A DNA stretch of 64,000 nt from NCBI GenBank assembly GCA_965248355.1, contig OZ252098.1, forward strand, positions 3,264,001-3,328,000. Direction: 5' to 3'. Source of the stretch: Candidatus Latescibacterota bacterium. GTDB lineage: Bacteria > Latescibacterota > UBA2968 > UBA8231. Position numbers and translations under genes: made by a program. Within the stretch, counting starts at the first letter, position 1, and each line of letters opens with the position of its first letter. Positions 29,609 to 39,900 of this stretch are shown here, one piece after another. The notes beneath the pieces were generated by a model. The model saw only the letters and a program-made list of their open reading frames with translations, did no database searches and was not told where the DNA came from.

Positions 29609-30639
29609 CCCGCCGGTCTTCCTTCCAGCTCGAGGCCCAGCTCTCCGGCGTAGGCGAAGAGAGCCGGCGTGCCTCCGGTATGCACGAAGACGACGGTCTG
29701 ATCCGGCGTCCACCAGCCGGCGCGCGCGTGGGCGACGAGGCCGGCCATGGCCTTGCCCGTGTAGCAGGGGTCGAGGACGAGCCCCTCGCTGCGGGCGACC
29801 AGCCGCAGGGCCTCCCGACTGCCCTCGGTGACCACCCCGTACGCCGGGCCGACGAAGTCGGAGTAGCTCTCGATGTCTTCGGGACCGACCTCGATGTCGA
29901 GATCGAGGATGCGGCAGTGCTCGGCGGCGAGCCGGGCCATGCCCCTCGCCGCCTCGCCGTCGTCCCGCGGGCTCGGGCTGATGCCGACGAAACGCAGAGA
30001 CAGTCCGAGGGCACGCGCCGCCACTACCATGCCGGTATGGGTGTGGGCGCCGGAGCAGACGTACACGGCGTGCGGCCGCACGCCGCGCTCCTGCAGCTGC
30101 GCCCACAGCTCGAGAAAGCCGTCGACGTAGGCGATACCCCGGTAGACCCCTCCGTCGGAGCTGGTGTTGAAGGGCTTGTGCCCCGCGGTGCGCAGGCGCG
30201 CCAGGGTCGCCTCCAGGGCGGCACCCTGCTCGGCCACCGGCGGCAGTTGCACCTCGGCGCCGAACAGGTGGGACAGGAGCAGGTTGCCCTGGGGCTGGGA
30301 GTGGGCGTCGGCGCGGCCCACCTGCACCGCCTTCATGCCCAGCCGGGCCGCGACGGCCGCCGTCTGGCGCGACTGGTTCGACTGCGCCGCGGCGGCGTGG
30401 ACGAGGACGTCGCATCCGGCCTCCACCGCCTGGGCGATGGAGTACTCGAACTCCCGGATCTTGTTGCCGCCGAACGCCAGGCCCGTAAGGTCCTCGCGCT
30501 TCATCCAGATGCGGGGCCCGCCGACCGCCTGCGACAGCCGCGGCAGATCGTCGAGGGGGGTGGGCAGGGCGGCCAGCCGCAGCCGCGGCAGCCGATCCAG
30601 CCGTTCGCGCAGTTGCTCAGGCGTGTAGGTCGTCGTCAT
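29605..30639 (-). CDS. D-cysteine desulfhydrase / ACC deaminase family PLP enzyme
   Basis: PTPL, KREDLTGLAFGGNKIR, QSNQ, LDPCYTGKA and FVHTGG. Confidence 0.88.
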   Translation of the reverse strand: MTTTYTPEQLRERLDRLPRLRLAALPTPLDDLPRLSQAVGGPRIWMKREDLTGLAFGGNKIREFEYSIAQAVEAGCDVLVHAAAAQSNQSRQTAAVAARLGMKAVQVGRADAHSQPQGNLLLSHLFGAEVQLPPVAEQGAALEATLARLRTAGHKPFNTSSDGGVYRGIAYVDGFLELWAQLQERGVRPHAVYVCSGAHTHTGMVVAARALGLSLRFVGISPSPRDDGEAARGMARLAAEHCRILDLDIEVGPEDIESYSDFVGPAYGVVTEGSREALRLVARSEGLVLDPCYTGKAMAGLVAHARAGWWTPDQTVVFVHTGGTPALFAYAGELGLELEGRPAG

Positions 30640-30710
30640 CTCGGTGGATCCTCCGGTGCTGTCGAATCTATTGCGCCTGCTGGGGAAGCCACAACCGCGC
30701 AGACACCCTC

Positions 30711-30739
30711 TTGCCATGCGTAACTACATGCTTTATCTT
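30711..30739 (+). promoter_or_regulatory. Sigma-70-type promoter for the ABC transporter operon
   Basis: TTGCCA-17 nt-TATCTT in an AT-rich intergenic patch. Confidence 0.55.
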
Positions 30740-30856
30740 AATGTTACGTCATGCCACGGGGCGCCCGCGGAGCCCGGAATTCACCGCCGGCGCCTGAGAA
30801 TCAGGCCACCCATGCCCCCCGCCCAGGCCCCGACCCGCCCCGGAAAGAGTTGATCG

Positions 30857-33136
30857 ATGGACCTCCTCGAGCCCATCTCGCCGGTCCTCGATCCCCACCT
30901 CCGCCGCGAGTTGCAGCCCGGCGAGCTGCTGCTGGCGCTGCTGGCGACCGACCTCGACCTCGACGGCCGCTACGGCGAGAACTGGCTCGCCCTGACCGAC
31001 GAGCGCATCCTGGTGCTGCAGGCCAACGGCGGCGCCCCCGAGGTGCGGAGCTGGCAGCTGGAGCAGGTGCGCCGCATCCAGACCCGCAGCCACGTGGGCA
31101 GCGGCTCCCTCCTTCTGGAGATGCCCGACGGCACCCACGAGCTGGTGCGCTTCTCCCAGGGCAACTACTTCAAGTTCTCCGCCGTGCCCCAGGCCGTCGA
31201 GGCGGCCAAGGCGGAGCCGGTGGAAGCCGACGACGGGCAGGCGCAGGAGGCGATCCCCCCCCGCCGGGTCGAGCACTGCGAGAGCTGCGGCCGGGCACTC
31301 AGACCGGGCTCGAAGGTCTGCCCCCACTGCATCCGCAAGCGGGAGACCTTCTGGCGCCTGTTCTCCTACGTAAGGCCATACAGGAACACGGCCATTCTCG
31401 GCTTCCTCCTGACCGTGTGCATGACCGGCGTGAGCCTGCTGCCGCCGCAACTGAACCGGATCCTCATCAACGATGTCATCACGCCGGTCCTCGTGGCCCG
31501 GGGGGAGTCGCCGCCCGAGGGGCCCCTGGTGCCCCCGGCGGAGAGCGTGACCCTGCTCGCCATGGTCGTTCTCGGCCTGCTGGGCGTCCACTTCGGGCGC
31601 ATGATCCTCAACGGGGCCCGCACCTGGACCCTCGGATGGCTGGGCCAGCGCGTCACCTACGACCTGCAGATCGAGATCTTCAACTACCTGCAAGCCCTGT
31701 CCCTGTCCTTCTACTCCCGCCACAGCACCGGCCGCATCATGACCCGCGTCACCCAGGACACGGAGCGCATGCGGGACTTCATCACCACCGGATTCCAGGA
31801 CCTGCTGGTGGCCCTGCTGACCCTCGTGGGAATCGGCATCGCCCTGGTCTGGATGAACTGGGAGCTGGCCCTGCTGGCCCTGTTGCCGACGCCGGTCATG
31901 CTCTTCGTCACTTCGATGTACCGCAAGCGGATCCACTGGGTCTTCCACTCCATCTGGCGGAGAGTCGCCGACCTGAACGGCCAGCTGGCCGACACCATTC
32001 CCGGGGTCAAGGTGGTGAAGGCCTTCGCCCAGGAGGAGCGCGAGATGCGCGCCTTCGGCCGGCGCAACACCGAGCTCCTCGCCGCGCGCATGGCCTCGGT
32101 GAAAATGCGGGCCTGGTTCCAGCCCGGCATCGCCTTCATCACCGCCACGGGCGCGGTGATCCTGTGGTGGTCCGGCGGCAACCGGGTGCTGGAGGGCACG
32201 CTGAAGATCGGCGACCTCCAGGCCTTCATCGCCTACATGATGATGTTCTACGGCCCGGTGCGGGAGCTGAGCCGGCTGTCCGACACGCTCGAGCGGGCGG
32301 CCACCTCGGCGGAGCGCGTCTTCGAGATCCTCGACACCGAGCCCGAGGTGTTGGAGGATCCCGGCGCCCGGGATCCGGGGGTGATCGAGGGGCGCGTCGA
32401 GTTCCGCGACGTCTCCTTCACCTACGACGGCGTGGGCCGCATCCTCGACCGGGTGAGCTTCACCGTCGAGCCGGGGGAGATGATCGGGCTCGTGGGCCAC
32501 TCGGGCGCCGGCAAGTCGACCCTCGTCAACCTGATCTCCCGGCTGTACGACGCCGCCGATGGCGAGATCCTCGTCGACGGGCAGCCCATCACGGGGCTGC
32601 GGCAGAAGCCGCTGCGCGCCCAGATCGGCGTGGTGCTGCAGGAGCCGGTGCTCTTCCAGGGGTCGATCGCCCGGAACATCGCCTACGGCCGGCCCGACGC
32701 CGGCCGGCCGGAGATCATCGCCGCCTCCCGGGCCGCCAACGCCCACCACTTCATCATGCGCTTCCCCGACGGCTACGACACCGAGGTGGGCGAGCGGGGA
32801 GGCCGCCTCTCGGGCGGCGAGCGCCAGCGCATCTCCATCGCCCGCGCCCTCATCGGCAACCCCCGCATCCTGATCCTCGACGAGGCCACGAGCTCGGTGG
32901 ACACCCAGACCGAATTCGAGATCCAGGAGGCTCTCGAACGGCTCATCGCCAACCGCACCACCTTCGCCATCGCCCACCGCCTGTCGACGCTGAAGAACGC
33001 CGACCGCCTCCTCGTCCTCGACAAGGGCCGCATCGTCGAGGAGGGCACCCACGCTCAGCTCCTCGCCCGCGAAGATGGCGTCTACCGCCGGCTCGTGGAC
33101 ATGCAGACCGAGCTGGCCAGGGTGAGGGCCCTGTGA
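30857..33136 (+). CDS. Fused ABC exporter (TMD+NBD) with N-terminal extension and CxxC..CxxC motif
   Basis: GHSGAGKST, LSGGERQR, ILDEATS and AHRLST; six TM segments; CESC...CPHC before the TMD. Confidence 0.93.
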   Translation: MDLLEPISPVLDPHLRRELQPGELLLALLATDLDLDGRYGENWLALTDERILVLQANGGAPEVRSWQLEQVRRIQTRSHVGSGSLLLEMPDGTHELVRFSQGNYFKFSAVPQAVEAAKAEPVEADDGQAQEAIPPRRVEHCESCGRALRPGSKVCPHCIRKRETFWRLFSYVRPYRNTAILGFLLTVCMTGVSLLPPQLNRILINDVITPVLVARGESPPEGPLVPPAESVTLLAMVVLGLLGVHFGRMILNGARTWTLGWLGQRVTYDLQIEIFNYLQALSLSFYSRHSTGRIMTRVTQDTERMRDFITTGFQDLLVALLTLVGIGIALVWMNWELALLALLPTPVMLFVTSMYRKRIHWVFHSIWRRVADLNGQLADTIPGVKVVKAFAQEEREMRAFGRRNTELLAARMASVKMRAWFQPGIAFITATGAVILWWSGGNRVLEGTLKIGDLQAFIAYMMMFYGPVRELSRLSDTLERAATSAERVFEILDTEPEVLEDPGARDPGVIEGRVEFRDVSFTYDGVGRILDRVSFTVEPGEMIGLVGHSGAGKSTLVNLISRLYDAADGEILVDGQPITGLRQKPLRAQIGVVLQEPVLFQGSIARNIAYGRPDAGRPEIIAASRAANAHHFIMRFPDGYDTEVGERGGRLSGGERQRISIARALIGNPRILILDEATSSVDTQTEFEIQEALERLIANRTTFAIAHRLSTLKNADRLLVLDKGRIVEEGTHAQLLAREDGVYRRLVDMQTELARVRAL

Positions 33137-33636
33137 GCGGTCCCCGCACGAATCCCCCCGTCGACCCGGCCCTCGACGCGTCGGCCCTGCGGATTCGCCG
33201 CAACGGCCGCGTCCTGCTGACGGTGGAGACGGGCGGGGAGCGGTTCGACGACGTCTCCGTGCGGCGGGCCTTTCCCCTGGAAGTGGCGGACGCCTTCATC
33301 GGCCTCTTCGACGCCGGCGGCGAGGAGATCGGCCTCCTCGAGTCTCTCGACGGCCTCGAGGAGGAGAGCCGCACCGCCCTGGAGGACCAGCTCGCCCTGA
33401 CCTACTTCCTGCCGGTCATCACCTCGATATCGAGGATCGGCGAGGAGTACGGCGTGGTCCGCGCCGACGTGGAGACGACGAGAGGACCCCGTCAGATCGA
33501 GGTCCGCGGCATCCGCTCCAATATCCGCGTCCTCTCCCGCAACCGGGCCCTCATCGAGGACACGGACGGCAACCGCTACGAGCTGCGCGACTTCCATCTC
33601 CTGCCGGCGATCACCCGCGAGGTCCTTGGTCTCTAG
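33133..33636 (+). CDS. DUF1854-like protein
   Basis: [28 protein letters not shown] and [13 protein letters not shown] overlap with the ABC gene. Confidence 0.75.
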   Translation: MSGPRTNPPVDPALDASALRIRRNGRVLLTVETGGERFDDVSVRRAFPLEVADAFIGLFDAGGEEIGLLESLDGLEEESRTALEDQLALTYFLPVITSISRIGEEYGVVRADVETTRGPRQIEVRGIRSNIRVLSRNRALIEDTDGNRYELRDFHLLPAITREVLGL

Positions 33637-34153
33637 CGCCTCCGCCCGACAGGTCCAGGCCGGCCTCGTACACGTCGTAGTGGCGGCGGGAGAACAGGGC
33701 GAAGAGGACGCGCTCCGGCCTATCGTTTCCCGACAGGTGCTCCCGCACCGTCTCCACCGCCACGGCGCCCGCCGCTTCCACCGGATAGCCGTAGACCCCG
33801 CAGCTGATGGCCGGAAAGGCGACGCTGGAGAGGGCGTGGGCCGCCGCCAGGGCCAGGCTGTTGCGGTAGCAGGCGGCCAGCAGTTCCGGGTCCCGGTCCG
33901 AGCCGCTGTAGACGGGCCCCACCGTGTGGATCACGCGGCGCGCCGGCAGCCGGTAGCCGCCGGTGATGCGGGCCTCGCCCGTGGGACACCCTCCGAGGGT
34001 TCGGCATTCGGCCAGCAGCTCCGGCCCCGCGGCCCGGTGGATGGCCCCGTCGACGCCGCCGCCGCCGAGGAGACTCTCGTTGGCGGCGTTGACGATGGCG
34101 TCCACGGCGAGGGTGGTGATGTCTCCCTGAAAGAGCTCGAGCCGGTTCCTCAT
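33611..34153 (-). CDS. ymdB: Macro-domain O-acetyl-ADP-ribose deacetylase (YmdB-like)
   Basis: [31 protein letters not shown] and [12 protein letters not shown]. Confidence 0.92.
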   Translation of the reverse strand: MRNRLELFQGDITTLAVDAIVNAANESLLGGGGVDGAIHRAAGPELLAECRTLGGCPTGEARITGGYRLPARRVIHTVGPVYSGSDRDPELLAACYRNSLALAAAHALSSVAFPAISCGVYGYPVEAAGAVAVETVREHLSGNDRPERVLFALFSRRHYDVYEAGLDLSGGGARDQGPRG

Positions 34154-35166
34154 GCCACGCACAGGAAGTCCCTTTCCTCCTTCAGGCCCATGGCGGCCAG
34201 CTGGTCGCGGATCAGGGCCCGGGCGCCGCGGGAGGCCACCGCCGCCAGCAGGATCGGCCGCTGGTGCGACCGCCAGAACGGCATCAGCTCCCGGGACGAC
34301 AGGATCGGTACGCCGCGCAGGGTGGCGCCGATCCTGGCCGGCGCGATGTCGATGAAACACACCGGCTCGTGCCCCGCCCGGATCAGGTGCTTGGAGAGCC
34401 GCCGCCCCGTTCGACCCGCCCCCCAGACCATGAGCCCGTCCCGCCCTTGCAGCGGGCCCCGGGCGAGGTAGTGGGCCTTGGCGCGCAGGAAGTTCTCCAC
34501 CGAATAGCGGCCGTCGGTGCGCGTCGCCCGGCCGGGGTGCTCGCGCCAGCGCAGCAGCGGCGCCGCCACCTTGGCGAACCGCCGGTCGGCGGCGTGATAG
34601 CGCAGCCACAGGTCGTAGTCCTCGGCCCAGCCGCGCTCCTCGTAGGCGCCGAGAGCGAGCAGCTCCTCGCGGCGCAGCAGGGCCGACGGATGGGCGATGG
34701 GGCTCTCGATGAAGATCTCCCGGCAGATCTCCTCGTGGCGGACAAGGGAGTTCTGCCACTCCACGTAGCGGCGGAAGCCCTCTGCCACCTCCCCGTCCGA
34801 GAAGACCTCCACCTGGGTGCCGACGACGCTCACCCCGGCGTCCGCCTCGGCGACCTCCAGCTGCCGCTCCAGGCGGTCGGGCATGCACAGGTCGTCGGCG
34901 TCCATGCGCGCCACGTAGCGCCCACGGCACTCGGCCAGGCCCCGGTTGAGGGCCGCGAGCAGACCGGCGTGGTCGATGCGCACGACCCGCAGGCGCCGGC
35001 CGGCGCGCGACGCCAGCAAAGCCGCCGTGCCGTCCGTCGATCCGTCGTCGACCACCACCACCTCGTGATCCTTCTCCGTCTGGTCGGCCAGACTGTCGAG
35101 GGCGGACCCGAGGGTGGAGGCGCTGTTGTATGTGGGCAGGAGGAAGGAGACGAGGGGCGTCGACAT
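34150..35166 (-). CDS. GT2 glycosyltransferase with C-terminal Rossmann-like domain
   Basis: LPTYN, VDDGSTD, RMDADD and EDYDLW; C-terminal [11 protein letters not shown]...FIDI. Confidence 0.9.
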   Translation of the reverse strand: MSTPLVSFLLPTYNSASTLGSALDSLADQTEKDHEVVVVDDGSTDGTAALLASRAGRRLRVVRIDHAGLLAALNRGLAECRGRYVARMDADDLCMPDRLERQLEVAEADAGVSVVGTQVEVFSDGEVAEGFRRYVEWQNSLVRHEEICREIFIESPIAHPSALLRREELLALGAYEERGWAEDYDLWLRYHAADRRFAKVAAPLLRWREHPGRATRTDGRYSVENFLRAKAHYLARGPLQGRDGLMVWGAGRTGRRLSKHLIRAGHEPVCFIDIAPARIGATLRGVPILSSRELMPFWRSHQRPILLAAVASRGARALIRDQLAAMGLKEERDFLCVA

Positions 35167-35233
35167 GGCCGTGGCCCTTGACAGTGGCGAATGGTAGCCG
35201 TGCTTACCACGGCACGCTACACCGGGGTCCTGG

Positions 35234-35995
35234 ATGATTCACCTCAAGTCCGCCGCCGAGATCGAGAGAATCCGGGCCAGCTGCCGTATCGCGGCCGAGG
35301 CCATGGCTCTGGTGCGCGACGCCATCGCCCCGGGGGTCTCCACGGCGCGCCTCGACCGCCTCGCCGACGACCACATCCGCCGCCGGGGCGGCGTGGCCAG
35401 CGCCAAGGGGTACCGGGGATACCCGCGCAGCATCTGCGTCTCCATCAACGAGGAGGTCGTCCACGGGATTCCGGGACGCCGCCGGCTGCAGGCCGGGGAC
35501 ATCCTCTCCGTCGACATCGCCGTCCGCAAGGACGGCTACCACGGCGACATGAACGTCACCTTCGGCGTGGGCGATGTCAGCCCCGCGGCCCTCGATCTGA
35601 TGGAAACCACACGCCGGGGGATGGAAGCCGGTCTGGCGGCCAGCGTCCCCGGCGCTCGTCTGGGAGACTTGGGACACCGGATCCAGCAGCACGTGGAGAG
35701 CCGGGGGTACTCCGTGGTCCGCGACTACTGCGGTCACGGCATCGGGCGCGCCTTCCACGAGGAGCCGCAGCTGCTCCACTTCGGCGAACCCAACCAGGGG
35801 CGCCGGCTCGAGCCGGGCACCGTCCTCACCGTGGAGCCCATGGTCAATGCCGGGGCGCCCGAGGTCCGCGTCCTCGACGACCAGTGGACGGCGGTCACCG
35901 CCGACGGATCCCTGTCCGGCCAGTTCGAGCACACCGTGGCGGTCACCGAAGAGGGCCCCGACGTGTTGTCCCGCTTCGACGACCTGTCCTTCTGA
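35234..35995 (+). CDS. map: Methionine aminopeptidase type I
   Basis: CVSINEEVVHGIP, DGYHGD, GHGIG, FHEEP, EPM and QFEHT. Confidence 0.96.
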   Translation: MIHLKSAAEIERIRASCRIAAEAMALVRDAIAPGVSTARLDRLADDHIRRRGGVASAKGYRGYPRSICVSINEEVVHGIPGRRRLQAGDILSVDIAVRKDGYHGDMNVTFGVGDVSPAALDLMETTRRGMEAGLAASVPGARLGDLGHRIQQHVESRGYSVVRDYCGHGIGRAFHEEPQLLHFGEPNQGRRLEPGTVLTVEPMVNAGAPEVRVLDDQWTAVTADGSLSGQFEHTVAVTEEGPDVLSRFDDLSF

Positions 35996-36074
35996 GGGGA
36001 CCGTCTCTCCGTTGCACAACTTCCACGGGGCCGTATTTTCCTTCGTCCCTCTCCCCTGAAAGAACCAAAGGACT

Positions 36075-36356
36075 GTGATGGCCAAGAAAACGACCAGCCG
36101 CGACGACGAGTCGACGGACTTCGGATTCGATCCCGGCTCGCAGCGCGAGCTGGAGGTGGAGGATATCTGCTGCGTCTCCGGCGACGAGGTGTCGGCGAGC
36201 TTCTGTCGTTTCCCCGACTACCGCCGCGGCACGATGATGGTGATGTCGAAGAGGATCGCCCTTGAGCAGCTGCGCAAGGGCATCACCCTGCAGACGTTCA
36301 AGAAGGTCCTCGTCAAGCGTCACGGCAGGAAAGAGCTCGAGGACTACAAGAGCTGA
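36075..36356 (+). CDS. Small hypothetical protein
   Basis: Fills the intergenic gap, GC3-biased codons, non-shadow composition; upstream TTGCAC-16-TATTTT. Confidence 0.65.
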   Translation: MMAKKTTSRDDESTDFGFDPGSQRELEVEDICCVSGDEVSASFCRFPDYRRGTMMVMSKRIALEQLRKGITLQTFKKVLVKRHGRKELEDYKS

Positions 36357-36393
36357 GCCCTGCGCCGCAGGGGGCGCCCGCCTCCCGCGGCCT

Positions 36394-36918
36394 TCAGGCG
36401 CCGTCGAGCAGCGCCTCCACATCGGCGGCGAGCACGTCATAGGGGTCGAAGCCGCCGCCGGGCACTCCCTGATACAGCCGCACCACACGGCCGCGCTGAT
36501 CGATCACCGCCGTCGTCGGCACGTACTGCATGAACGGCGACGAGCCGGTGTAGTCCCTGGCCACCTTCTGCCGGGCGTCCAGATAGATCGGGTAGTTGAT
36601 CTCGAAGCGGGAGACGAACTGGTCGATGAGGGGCCGCATCTGCTCGACCGATCCGCGGTCGATGGAGATGCCTACGACGGCCACCTCCTCGAAGTCCCGC
36701 CGCAGCCGCACGAGCGCGGGGATCTCGAAGCGGCACGGCCCGCACCAGGTGGCCCAGAAGTTGAGGATCACCACCCGGCCCTCGTAGTCCGCCAGGTCGA
36801 AGCCGCCCACCTCCCCCACGAATCCGGGCTCCCCCTCGGCCCCCTCCTCCCCGGAGCAGGCCCAGAGAGCCAGGGCCAGGGCCGCCAGGCCGCCCATGCG
36901 TGAGATCCAGATGGCCAT
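36394..36918 (-). CDS. TlpA-family thiol:disulfide oxidoreductase lipoprotein
   Basis: Lipobox LWAC; LNFWATWCGPCRFEIP; YVPTT. Confidence 0.9.
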   Translation of the reverse strand: MAIWISRMGGLAALALALWACSGEEGAEGEPGFVGEVGGFDLADYEGRVVILNFWATWCGPCRFEIPALVRLRRDFEEVAVVGISIDRGSVEQMRPLIDQFVSRFEINYPIYLDARQKVARDYTGSSPFMQYVPTTAVIDQRGRVVRLYQGVPGGGFDPYDVLAADVEALLDGA

Positions 36919-36971
36919 GGTCAGGGGACCAGGATGCCGGCCCCCGGGTGAGGCGCCAGGACTTCCTCCTC

Positions 36972-39900
36972 TCACGCGCGCAGACCGGCCTGGGGAGGTG
37001 GGGCCGTGAGCCGGGCCCGTTCCAGGCCGGCCAGGGTTCCCAGGGCTTGCAGCAGGTCGTCGGTCGGCTTCACGCGGATGCTGCGCGAGCGGATGACGGC
37101 ATCTCGCCCCTCCGGCTCGGAGGGGACGCCCCGCAGGTGGACGACCAGTTCGCAGGGTCCCTCGTGCTCGAGACAAAGGCGTCGGAGATCGGCCAGCAAC
37201 TCCTCCGTCACCGCCTCGTAGGGCAGGTCGACGCTCACCGAGCGCGCCAGACGCTCCCGGCTCTCCTCCATCGGTGCCGCGCGGTCGGCCTGCACGCTCA
37301 TGGTGCCGTTGCGGCGGCTCAGACGGCCCTCGACGAGGATCACGCCGTCCTGCACCACCAGGTCCCTGCACTTGGCGTAGGTGTCGGAGAAGAACACGAC
37401 TTCCCCCTTGCCCGACAGGTCCTCCAAGGTGACGAAGGCCATGGCATTCCCCCTGCGGTCACTGGAAGGGCTGACGCGGCTGATCAGGCCGCCCACGCGC
37501 ACCGCCTCCCCATCCTCCCGGCCGTCGATCTCCAACAGCGAGGTGGCGAAGTACGCCAGGTCCTTCTCGTAGCGGCTCAGGGGATGGCTGGAGACGTAGA
37601 ATCCGAGAAGCTCCTTCTCGTGGGACAGCCGCTCCGTCTCCGTCCACTCGGACACGTCGGGCAGCACCGGCTGGTGCTCCACCTCCAGCGCCGAGTCCCC
37701 GCCGAACAGGCTGAACTGGCCGCGGCGGCGCTCTTCCTGAATCGCCTGGGCGTTGCGCATGGCCCGGTCGAGGGCCTCCAGCAGCTGCGCCCGGTGGCCC
37801 CCGAGGCTGTCGCAGGCGCCGGCGGCGATCAGGCTCTCCACCACGCGCCGGTTGACGGTTCCGAGGTCGAGACGCTCGCAGAACTCGTAGAGGTCCTGCG
37901 AGGGACCGTGCTGGCCGCGGCCGTCGACGATGGACCCGGCGGCGGCGGCGCCCACGTTCTTGACCGCCGCCAGGCCGAAGCGGATGCCGCGGTCGGTGGG
38001 CACGAAGTTGACGGCGCTCTCGTTGACGTCGGGGGGCCGCACGGGGATCTCCATGCGCCGGCACTCGTCGAGGAGGATGGTGAGCCGGTCGGTGTTGTTG
38101 CGGTCCGTGGTCAGGCTCGCGGCCATGTACTCCTTCGGGTAGTGGGCCTTGAGGTAGGCATTCCTGTAGGCCACCTCCGAGTAGCTCGCGGCGTGGGACT
38201 TGTTGAAGCCGTACCCGGAGAACACCTCGATGTCGGACCAGATCTTCTCCGCCGTCTTCCGGTCGACGCCGTTCCTCACCGCCCCCTCGGCGAACTCCTT
38301 CCGGTACTTCTCCATCACCTCGGCCAGCTTGCGGCCCATGGCCTTGCGGATGCCGTCCGCCTGGCCCAGGGTGAAGCCCGACAGGTCCCGGCAGATGCGC
38401 TGCACCTGCTCCTGGTAGGTGATGATGCCGTACGTCTCCTCCAGGATCGGCTCGAGGATGGGGTGGTCGTACTCCACGGCCTCCGTGCCCTGGTGGCGGG
38501 CGATGTAGGCCGGGATCCGCTGCATCGGCCCCGGCCGGTAGAGCGCGTTCAGGGCGATCACGTCCTCGATCCGGTCCGGCTTGAGCTGGCGCAGGTACTC
38601 GCGCATGCCCGGGCTCTCGAACTGGAAGACCCCCACCGTCTCGCCGCGGCTGAAGAGCTCGAAGGTGGGGCCGTCGTCCCAGGGGATCCCATCCAGGTCG
38701 AAGTCGGCCTGCCGCCGGCGGATCTGGCCCACGGCCTCGTCCATCAACGAGAGCTCGCTCAGGCCCAGGATGTCCATCTTCAGCAGACCCACGTCCTTGC
38801 ACGTGTCACCGTCGAACTGGGTGGTGACGGTGCCGTCCTTCGGCGCCCGGTAGAGGGGCACGTAGTCGGTCAGACGGGAGGGAGCGATGATCACCGCGCA
38901 GGCGTGCACCGAGGCGTGGCGCGCCAGGCCCTCGAGCTTGCGGGAATACTCGATCAGCTGTCCCTGCTCGTCCTCGGCGTCGGCCATCTGCTTCAGTTCC
39001 GGCACCCGCCGGATGGCATCGTCGAGGGTGATCTTCAGCTCCCCGGGGATCAGCTTGGCGATGCGGTCCACCTCCCCGAAGGGCAGGCCCAGGACCCGCC
39101 CCACGTCGCGGACCACCGCCTTGGCGCCCATGGTGCCGAAGGTGATCACCTGGGAGACGTTCTCCTCGCCGTACTTCTCGACCACGTAGCGCACGACCTG
39201 GTCCCGGCCCGAGTCGGCGAAGTCGATGTCGATGTCGGGCGGCTCGATGCGCTCGGGGTTGAGGAAGCGCTCGAAGAGCAGGTCGTGGCGGATCGGGTCC
39301 GTGTCGGTGATCTCCAGGCAGTACGAGACCAGGCAGCCGGCCGCCGATCCCCGGCCCGGGCCGACGGTGATACCGCTCTTGCGGGCATGGTGCACGAAGT
39401 CCCAGACGATCAGGAAGTAGCTCGAGAAGCCCTCCTTGGTGATCACCTCCAGCTCGTAGTCGAGGCGCTCCTGCACCTTGGGGGCGACCTCCGGGTAGCG
39501 GCGCTCCAGCCCGGCCTGGGCGAGGTGGCGCAGGTACTCGCCGCTGGACGCGAAGCCGGAGGGAAGGGGAAAGCCCGGCATGAGGGACTTGCCGAAATCC
39601 AGGTCCAGTCGGCAGCTCTCGGCGATGGCGAGGGTGCTCTCGATCGCTCCGGGCAGATCCGCGAAGAGCTCCTGCATCTGGCCCGGGCTCTTCATGAAGA
39701 GGTCCGAGGGATAGCACATCCTCGGCGAGTCGGAGAGGATCTTGCCCGTCTGGATGCAGACCAGCGCGTCGTGGGCGGCGTGGTCCTCGGCGCGCAGGAA
39801 GTGGAAGTCGTTGGTGGCCACCAGGGGCACGCCGAGCTTGCGATGCAGCCGCAGGAGCCCGTCGTTGACCTTCTCCTCCGCGTCGATTCCGTGGCGCTGG

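Noticed and set aside
29605..30639. ACC deaminase (acdS)
   Set aside because: It has DPCYTGK, lacking the Glu diagnostic of true ACC deaminases.
33611..34153. Macro domain as an anti-phage or DarG-type antitoxin
   Set aside because: It has a plain YmdB-type sequence with no adjacent ADP-ribosyltransferase or other defence gene.
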